This document shows positions 34,382 through 40,595 of a stretch of 40,595 nt of DNA, piece by piece. Each line of letters opens with the position of its first letter. Positions within the stretch are counted from its first letter, which is position 1. The translations under genes and the position numbers were made by a program. The stretch lies in IMG/VR virus record IMGVR_UViG_2541047967_000005, positions 1 through 40,595 of that record; one strand, written 5' to 3'. The notes under the pieces were generated by a model that did no database searches, was not told where the DNA came from, and was given only the letters and a program-made list of their open reading frames with translations. This DNA comes from a virus (lineage: Duplodnaviria > Heunggongvirae > Uroviricota > Caudoviricetes).

Positions 34382-34966
34382 ATGAAAAGTATCCAGGACG
34401 TCCGCAGGCAAAATCTCAACGACTTGATCGACCGTGAATTCAATGGTGTTCAGACGCGGATGGCAGAAAAACTTGGAACTCAGGCAAATCTGGTAAACCG
34501 CTGGGCTCTTGGCAAGAAGGTTATCGGCGACCAGGTTGCGCGAAAAATTGAAGCTGCCGCCAATAAACCCCGTAACTGGCTTGATATCGATCGCTCGCTT
34601 TCTCAGGAAGGTTTTCAGCCTGTCGGCCCAAGCGACATTGGTCAGCTGGCAGCTCACAACCTGGAACGCTGGATGAGTGAAAGCCGCGACCTTTCAACTC
34701 AGGGAAAACTTCACCGCGCATCCGGCGTCGCCCAGGTGACAATAAGCCGCCTGTTAAACAATGAGGTCAGCGTTTCCATTTCCACCCTGGAGAATGTTGC
34801 ATCTGCATTCGGGCGTCACGGATATGAACTACTGATTCATCCGCATGACCCTGCGACCATCAACTATGATCGCTCGCGCTACGCATTGTTACCCGAAACC
34901 GAGAAAGCAAAGATCGAAAGTTACATTGAATTTGTCATCAACCAGAACGAAAAAAACAAACAATAA
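34382..34966 (+). CDS. Prophage repressor-like protein with two HTH segments and no LexA-type peptidase domain
   Basis: 194 aa; HTH-like segments GVQTRMAEKLGTQANLVNRWALGKK and GVAQVTISRLLNNEV; no S24 autopeptidase motifs seen; divergent from the Cro-like gene. Confidence 0.5.
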   Translation: MKSIQDVRRQNLNDLIDREFNGVQTRMAEKLGTQANLVNRWALGKKVIGDQVARKIEAAANKPRNWLDIDRSLSQEGFQPVGPSDIGQLAAHNLERWMSESRDLSTQGKLHRASGVAQVTISRLLNNEVSVSISTLENVASAFGRHGYELLIHPHDPATINYDRSRYALLPETEKAKIESYIEFVINQNEKNKQ

Positions 34967-34989
34967 AACCATATTTTTCAGTAAGTAAG

Positions 34990-35012
34990 TCGCCTTATGG
35001 CGGCTTTTTTAT
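34990..35012 (+). terminator. Short hairpin plus T-run after the repressor-like gene
   Basis: cgcc ttat ggcg followed by cttttttatt. Confidence 0.45.
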
Positions 35013-35023
35013 TGCCTATTCGA

Positions 35024-35038
35024 TTACCTAACGGGTAA
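35024..35038. promoter_or_regulatory. Operator-like palindrome TTACC-N5-GGTAA (upstream site of a pair)
   Basis: ttacctaacgggtaa, 20 nt upstream of a consensus -35. Confidence 0.5.
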
Positions 35039-35057
35039 TTTTTTTAACTCATATCTA

Positions 35058-35100
35058 TTGACATCAAACCATATACGCATAATTATTACCTCAACGGTAA
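35058..35100 (+). promoter_or_regulatory. Candidate early rightward promoter (-35 TTGACA) with operator-like palindrome over the -10/start region
   Basis: ttgaca at 35058-35063; AT-rich -10-like cataat/ataatt; ttacctcaacggtaa at 35086-35100; drives the small ORF and the RecE/RecT operon. Confidence 0.5.
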
Positions 35101-35119
35101 CAGACCGAGGTAACAAGTT

Positions 35120-35272
35120 ATGCAGTGGAAAATCATCAACGGTTGGTACTGCGTTACTGCATGCGGATTCATGAGCTGGAAGTTCCGCACCTTACAGGAA
35201 GGCATTAAGTGGGCTTTCGTCAGCAAAGAAGCTCGCGATGTGGCCAACGATAACGAGATATGGGAGGGCTGA
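35120..35272 (+). CDS. Small 50-aa protein, first gene of the early rightward operon
   Basis: RBS gagg upstream of ATG 35120; Trp/Cys-rich; below the 60-aa cutoff of the ORF track. Confidence 0.35.
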   Translation: MQWKIINGWYCVTACGFMSWKFRTLQEGIKWAFVSKEARDVANDNEIWEG

Positions 35273-35274
35273 TA

Positions 35275-35574
35275 ATGAACGTTAATCAGCAGAAAAATCT
35301 TCAAAAAATCATGCTGGCATTCGACAAGGACTACCGTCTGTCAGAACAGCTATATGACCGACAAGTTGAACTGATTGAGAGTATCCGGCTTCATCAACTG
35401 GCATCAACTTTCGACGTTGTAACAGTTAAAGGCGTTCGCCAGGAAGTACTGGAGGCCGCTAAAGACAGCCCTGAGTTCGAAGAACTAATGGATGCCTACC
35501 GGCGCGAGGCAATGGCAATTATCGCCCGCTGGGATCTGGCTGATCAGCTTGATGGGCAGAGGGACGCGGCATGA
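35275..35574 (+). CDS. Hypothetical early protein (99 aa)
   Basis: Internal ATG with RBS gggaggg; coupled (ATGA) to the downstream nuclease gene. Confidence 0.45.
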   Translation: MNVNQQKNLQKIMLAFDKDYRLSEQLYDRQVELIESIRLHQLASTFDVVTVKGVRQEVLEAAKDSPEFEELMDAYRREAMAIIARWDLADQLDGQRDAA

Positions 35575-36392
35575 AACCGGGAATTTATTTCGACATCAGC
35601 AACGAAGACTACCACGCCGGTGACGGCGTGAGTAAGTCGCAACTGGACATGGTTGCCAAGAATCCGGCGCTTCTTAAATGGGTTCAGGCAGCACCAGAAG
35701 ACGAAGAGAAAAAGTCTGCACTGGATATGGGAACCGCATTGCACTGTCTGCTTCTGGAGCCTGGAGAGTTCGACAAACGCTTCATTGTTTCACCGAAATT
35801 CGATCGTCGGACGAAACAAGGTAAAGCTGACGAAGAGGAATTTCTTCGTGATGTGGCGGATATGGGGATTACGGTACTTGATGCCGAGCAGTGGCGGAAA
35901 CTGGAGCTGATGCGTGATAGCGCAATGGCTCACCCGGCGGCACGCTGGATGCTGGAAGCACCTGGTTACTGCGAAGCATCAATGTACTGGAACGATGAAG
36001 AGACGGGGGAGTTGTGCCGAATTCGTCCAGACAAATGGCTGAACGAGCACAACGTGATCGTCGACGTGAAAAAGGTTGCAGATATGGACCGTTTTGCACG
36101 CCACATCGAGGAATTCCGCTACCACGTGCAGGACGCAATGTACCGCGAAGGCGCAATGAGGGTTACTGGTCAGCCGCATGGTTTTTTCTTTCTTGCCGTG
36201 AGCGAAAGCATTGATTGTGGTCGGTATCCGGTACGCGTGTTCGAGCTGGATGCGCAGGATGTCGATGCCGGGCACGCTCTGTTCCGCCGGGATCTGAATA
36301 CCTATCACGAATGCCGCATCAATGATGAATGGGGCGGTGTGGAAATCATTAAACGCCCTGAGTGGGCACGCAAACAGGATATGTACATATGA
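35571..36392 (+). CDS. RecE-like PD-(D/E)XK exonuclease
   Basis: Acidic/Lys nuclease motifs (IRPDKWLNEHNVIVDVKKV); immediately upstream of and coupled to RecT. Confidence 0.55.
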   Translation: MKPGIYFDISNEDYHAGDGVSKSQLDMVAKNPALLKWVQAAPEDEEKKSALDMGTALHCLLLEPGEFDKRFIVSPKFDRRTKQGKADEEEFLRDVADMGITVLDAEQWRKLELMRDSAMAHPAARWMLEAPGYCEASMYWNDEETGELCRIRPDKWLNEHNVIVDVKKVADMDRFARHIEEFRYHVQDAMYREGAMRVTGQPHGFFFLAVSESIDCGRYPVRVFELDAQDVDAGHALFRRDLNTYHECRINDEWGGVEIIKRPEWARKQDMYI

Positions 36393-37330
36393 GCAACGAC
36401 ATCGCAAACATCAACGCACCAGTAGACACAGCAATCGCTGGAACTGCTGCAACTATTTTCAGCCCAGACGGCTTGAACCAACTGATGAAATTCGCCGAGG
36501 TAATGGCGCAAAGCCGCGTAACGGTACCGGCGCACCTCGCCGGGAAACCAGCTGATTGCATGGCCGTGGCAATGCAGGCTGCGCAGTGGGGAATGAACCC
36601 GTTTGCCGTGGCTCAGAAAACCCATGTTGTGAACGGCACGCTAGGTTATGAAGCCCAATTAGTAAACGCAGTTATCTCAACGATGTCGCCAACAAAAGAT
36701 CGCATCAACTACGAGTGGTTCGGGCCGTGGGAACGCGTGATCGGTAAGTTTGTTGAGAAAACATCCAAAAACGGCAATCCATATATCGCACCAGGCTGGA
36801 CTCTAAAAGACGAAGAAGGCTGCGGTGTTCGCGTATGGGCAACCATGAAGGGCGAGGATCAACCTCGAGTGCTTGAGTTAATGCTGTCTCAAGCACAGGT
36901 AAGAAACTCCACACTTTGGGCCAGTGATCCGAAACAACAACTCGCATACCTTGCGACAAAACGCTGGTCTCGCCTGCACTGTCCTGACGTAATCATGGGC
37001 GTCTACACCCCAGACGAATTACAGGAAACGGCACCGCGCGTTGAGCGAGACATTACTCCGCAAACGACCACTGCTGCGGGAATGAACAGTCTGATCAACG
37101 CTAAACCAGCGAAAAAGCCTGATGAGCAAACGCGTAAATCGGACAGCCGTGATCCAGAAGAAATGCTGATGGCCTTTACCAGCGCAGCGATGAATTACAG
37201 CACTGTCTCCGAACTGGATAAGGCTTACAAATACATTGCACAAAAACTTTCAGATGATGACGAACTGCTGGCAAAAGCAACCGACGTTTACAGCGTTCGT
37301 CGGGAAGAATTAAACGAAACATCTATGTAA
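36389..37330 (+). CDS. recT: RecT-family single-strand annealing recombinase
   Basis: Internal ATG overlapping the RecE-like stop; RecT-like core (FAEVMAQSRVTVPAHLAGKPADCMAVAMQAAQWGMNPF). Confidence 0.65.
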   Translation: MSNDIANINAPVDTAIAGTAATIFSPDGLNQLMKFAEVMAQSRVTVPAHLAGKPADCMAVAMQAAQWGMNPFAVAQKTHVVNGTLGYEAQLVNAVISTMSPTKDRINYEWFGPWERVIGKFVEKTSKNGNPYIAPGWTLKDEEGCGVRVWATMKGEDQPRVLELMLSQAQVRNSTLWASDPKQQLAYLATKRWSRLHCPDVIMGVYTPDELQETAPRVERDITPQTTTAAGMNSLINAKPAKKPDEQTRKSDSRDPEEMLMAFTSAAMNYSTVSELDKAYKYIAQKLSDDDELLAKATDVYSVRREELNETSM

Positions 37331-37379
37331 CCACCACCGCGGCGCCACGTGCGCCGCACTGCAACCAAGAGAGGTATTC

Positions 37380-37628
37380 ATGAAAGGTGCATTAGGTAAG
37401 AAAGAACTCCTGGCGGTGGTGCCACTGTCATGGAGCACTATCGACCGTATGGAGCGCGCAGGGGAATTTCCTAAACGCTGGTATATCACCGATAAACGCT
37501 GCGCATGGAACCGTGATGAAGTTGAGCGTTGGCTTGATGAACGTCAGGCAGCAAGCCCGGCAGAGTTCCAGGGTAAAAAGCCTCCTGTTCAGCAACGTGT
37601 ATATCGTCCCGTGAGCAACGCTGCATGA
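37380..37628 (+). CDS. AlpA-family HTH regulator / excisionase-like protein
   Basis: LLAVVPLSWSTIDRMERAGEFPKRWYITDKRCAWNRDEVERW matches the AlpA pattern; near the integrase. Confidence 0.6.
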   Translation: MKGALGKKELLAVVPLSWSTIDRMERAGEFPKRWYITDKRCAWNRDEVERWLDERQAASPAEFQGKKPPVQQRVYRPVSNAA

Positions 37629-37737
37629 GTGCGCTGCTAAGGCACTGGAGCAAATGGTCAGGATGGTACTTATTCCTGGCCTCTGTTTCAGCATGGCTTT
37701 ATCTGCTGGCATTAATTTTCAGAGAGGGTTGGATTAA

Positions 37738-38037
37738 GTGAGAAAGTTAAGCCGACTTGAAAAATATCACATGAATAAGGTTTCAATGCGCAGTCCGTCA
37801 AAGATTGTCGCCGTTACTCCTGCGGCGATAGAGATCGAAAAACGCGCGATTGAAAGAGAGAAAAAAGGGCAATTCCGCATTGCCGCTCACCTTTGGCTTC
37901 AGTGTATGGATGTTGCTTCTGGTGATGTTGAACGTGCAAGGATCGCGGTTCGCAGGGACCAATGTATCACAAAAGGTAACGGCCTTCGCCGTGGCGACTA
38001 TAGCGGCATAGGATGTTGTGGGGTGGTTTATGACTAA
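37738..38037 (+). CDS. Hypothetical protein (99 aa)
   Basis: GTG start with RBS gaggg; overlaps the methyltransferase start. Confidence 0.35.
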   Translation: MRKLSRLEKYHMNKVSMRSPSKIVAVTPAAIEIEKRAIEREKKGQFRIAAHLWLQCMDVASGDVERARIAVRRDQCITKGNGLRRGDYSGIGCCGVVYD

Positions 38038-38680
38038 GAAATACACACTAATCTATGCAGATCCACCCTGGGTATACCGGGACAAAGCCGCAGATGGTAA
38101 TCGCGGTGCCGGTTTTAAATATCCGGTTATGAGTGTGCTGGATATCTGCCGCCTTCCTGTGTGGGATTTGGCCGATGAAAACTGTCTGTTGGCCATGTGG
38201 TGGGTGCCAACACAACCACTCGAAGCACTAAAAGTTGTTGAAGCCTGGGGATTCCGTCTGATGACGATGAAGGGCTTCACGTGGATAAAATGTGGTAGTC
38301 GACAACCAGATAAACTGGTTATGGGTATGGGACACATGACTCGCGCCAATAGTGAAGATTGCCTGTTTGCGGTAAAGGGAAAACTACCTACGCGCATTAA
38401 TGCAGGGATCGTTCAGTCATTTACCGCACCGCGGCTTGAGCATTCAAGAAAGCCAGATATCGTTCGTGAAAAACTTGTGCAATTATTAGGCGATGTTTCT
38501 CGCATTGAACTGTTCGCCCGCCAGACGTCTCATGGCTTCGATGTTTGGGGTAATCAGTGCGAAGACCCGGCAGTGCAACTACACCCTGGATACGCGTTGG
38601 ATATCGGCGGATTAACAAATGCATTCAGCAATGCTCCGCTGTCACCAACAGACAACCAGGGGCGGGAGCGTGCAGCATGA
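38030..38680 (+). CDS. MT-A70-family N6-adenine DNA methyltransferase (orphan)
   Basis: Catalytic DPPW motif ([10 protein letters not shown]); no adjacent restriction gene. Confidence 0.7.
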   Translation: MTKKYTLIYADPPWVYRDKAADGNRGAGFKYPVMSVLDICRLPVWDLADENCLLAMWWVPTQPLEALKVVEAWGFRLMTMKGFTWIKCGSRQPDKLVMGMGHMTRANSEDCLFAVKGKLPTRINAGIVQSFTAPRLEHSRKPDIVREKLVQLLGDVSRIELFARQTSHGFDVWGNQCEDPAVQLHPGYALDIGGLTNAFSNAPLSPTDNQGRERAA

Positions 38681-39336
38681 ACCTATATCAACGCATCAAT
38701 GGCGCTGACTGGTGCAATATCTTCGTCGTCGGCGATCTGCATGGGTGCTACACGCTGCTGATGAACGAACTCGACAAAGTTTCATTCGACCCGGCGCGCG
38801 ATTTGCTTATTTCCGTTGGTGACCTTGTTGACCGCGGCGCTGAAAACGTCGAATGCCTGGATTTGATTACTATGCCGTGGTTCCGAGCTGTTCGTGGCAA
38901 CCATGAGCAGATGATGCTGGATGCACTGGTCAACGGCGGAAGTTTCGGACATTGGATGTCAAACGGCGGTGGATGGTGGCACCAACTTGATTCTGAGCAG
39001 GATGTGCAACTCAAATACCTTCTGCCAAAGGTTACCAACCTCCCGATGATTATCGAACTGGTTACCGGCAATAAGAAGGTCGTCATCTGCCACGCAGACT
39101 ACCCGCACAACGAATACGCATTCGATAAGCCAGTACCGGAAGAAATGGTGATATGGAATCGTGAGCGGGTTAGCGACGCGCAGGACGGTATTGTCTCGGA
39201 GATAACCGGTGCCGATTTGTTCATCTTCGGTCATACGCCAGCACATCACCCACTGGTGTATGCAAACCAAATGTACATCGACACCGGCGCAGTGTTCTGC
39301 GGAAATCTGACGCTTACCAAAGTCCAGGAAGGATAG
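38677..39336 (+). CDS. Ser/Thr protein phosphatase (lambda NinI-like metallophosphoesterase)
   Basis: Internal ATG overlapping the methyltransferase stop; GDLHGCY ... GDLVDRG ... GNHE motifs. Confidence 0.7.
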   Translation: MNLYQRINGADWCNIFVVGDLHGCYTLLMNELDKVSFDPARDLLISVGDLVDRGAENVECLDLITMPWFRAVRGNHEQMMLDALVNGGSFGHWMSNGGGWWHQLDSEQDVQLKYLLPKVTNLPMIIELVTGNKKVVICHADYPHNEYAFDKPVPEEMVIWNRERVSDAQDGIVSEITGADLFIFGHTPAHHPLVYANQMYIDTGAVFCGNLTLTKVQEG

Positions 39337-39338
39337 AA

Positions 39339-40595
39339 TTATTTATTACTGTCTTCCATCCACTTCTCAAACTTCGACGGGGAGAACGGAATCAGATCCG
39401 TATGCTCCCCGTTAATCCAGGAATCAATCATATCTGCCCACTGCTGCAACATGTAGGCGCGCTGTCTGGCGTATTCCGCTTTGTTATATACGGCGCGCAC
39501 ACCTTTCTGCTCGTGTGCCAGAGCCTTTTCAATCCAGTCTGAAGGATAACCAGCCTCATGCAACAATGTACTGGCTGTACGGCGCATATCATGTACAGTA
39601 AAATCCTGAATATGCTCACCATCTTCATTTATTATTTTCACCGTTCTGTCGATCAGAGAGTTCAGCGCGGCATTAGATAATGGCTTCCGGAAATTGTAAC
39701 GACCAGGAACCAGATATTCACTTCCACCAGCGCACATCTGCAACCCGACTAATATATCCTGTGCCTGTTTAGGCAGGTAAATAACGTGCGCCCGACTTCC
39801 CTTCATGCGGTCTGAAGGAATTGTCCATGTCCATTTTTTAAAATCTATTTCATCCCACGTTGCATTGGTGAATTCTCCCTTACGAACCATGGTGATAAGC
39901 ACCAGCTTTAAAGCCATTTTCATAGTGCCCATAGCACCAATGGCATCCAGCGTGCGGAAGAACAGGCCAATTTCTTCTGGTGTCAGTGTTCGCTCTCGTG
40001 GTTTAAATATGGCGATAGACGAAGGTTTAATGTCAGCCGCAGGATTAAACAAACCATGACCACGGTCATTGGCGTGACGGTATACGCTGCTGATGATCTC
40101 CCTGGCCTGTACTGCTGTTGCCCGACCACCGCGTTCGACAATCCGGTCACACAAATCACGAACCATTGATGTGGTAATTTCAGCCATCATTTTGTTGCCA
40201 AGAACCGGAAGTATGTCACGGTCGATCACCGCCTGCTTCATTGCGCGGGTACTGTCAGCCAGGATGACGTGTTTCATATAACTGTCGGTATGTACCGCAA
40301 ACGTCTCGGCACCACGAATCTTTTTAATACCGTCACGTTTAGCCGCAGCCGGTGACTGGCCTGCTTTAAGCAGCTTCTTTGCAGCAATCAGTTCTTCTCG
40401 CGCTTCTGCCAGGATGATACCGTCACGCCCATACTGCCCGATTACCAGTGTTTCGCGGCGACCGTTGATACGGTAGTCATAGCGAAACGAGACCGTGCCT
40501 GACGTAAGCACAGCTACATACAGCCCGTCACGATCGGAGACCTTGTACAGTTTGTCCTGCGGCTTGAGGTTTTTTAATTTTGTATCGGTAAGCAC
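39339..40595 (-). CDS. P4-family tyrosine integrase, 5' end cut by the window edge
   Basis: N-terminal LTDTKLKNLKP ... pattern of P4-like integrases; C-terminal HDMRRT and AVYNKAEY catalytic region; the first codon in the window is GTG at the edge. Confidence 0.75.
   Translation of the reverse strand: MLTDTKLKNLKPQDKLYKVSDRDGLYVAVLTSGTVSFRYDYRINGRRETLVIGQYGRDGIILAEAREELIAAKKLLKAGQSPAAAKRDGIKKIRGAETFAVHTDSYMKHVILADSTRAMKQAVIDRDILPVLGNKMMAEITTSMVRDLCDRIVERGGRATAVQAREIISSVYRHANDRGHGLFNPAADIKPSSIAIFKPRERTLTPEEIGLFFRTLDAIGAMGTMKMALKLVLITMVRKGEFTNATWDEIDFKKWTWTIPSDRMKGSRAHVIYLPKQAQDILVGLQMCAGGSEYLVPGRYNFRKPLSNAALNSLIDRTVKIINEDGEHIQDFTVHDMRRTASTLLHEAGYPSDWIEKALAHEQKGVRAVYNKAEYARQRAYMLQQWADMIDSWINGEHTDLIPFSPSKFEKWMEDSNK

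Overview
This 40.6-kb window is almost entirely one temperate prophage of an enterobacterial host (E. coli-type LexA box, argU-like tRNA-Arg, P4-family integrase), running from about 1290 to the right window edge, where the integrase is cut off. Left to right: two probable host or cargo lipoprotein genes (1-1071); a lysis cassette on the minus strand (Rz with embedded Rz1, GH19 endolysin, two holin-like genes; 1290-3087); a tailspike with a T7 gp17-like N-terminus and C-terminal S74 chaperone domain (3160-5622); an immI-like anti-repressor region (5780-9841); a podovirus-type morphogenesis operon on the minus strand (10157-28335) interrupted by a plus-strand tRNA-Arg(UCU) plus moron insert; nin-like accessory genes; a lambda O/P-type replication module with an iteron origin; a divergent Cro-like/repressor pair; a RecE/RecT module, AlpA-like regulator, MT-A70 methyltransferase and Ser/Thr phosphatase. 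The best candidate for an undescribed system is a low-GC, translationally coupled two-gene cassette (7232-8057) plus a small secreted peptide, sitting exactly in the unique segment between ~1-kb inverted repeats built from two Bro-N anti-repressor paralogues. Other notable signals are an SOS (LexA) box in front of a small anti-repressor-like gene, a TTACC-N5-GGTAA palindrome at nine or more intergenic sites, and a 12-bp palindrome GTGACATGTCAC at three module junctions. All functional calls rest on motif recognition by eye and synteny; no database search was run.
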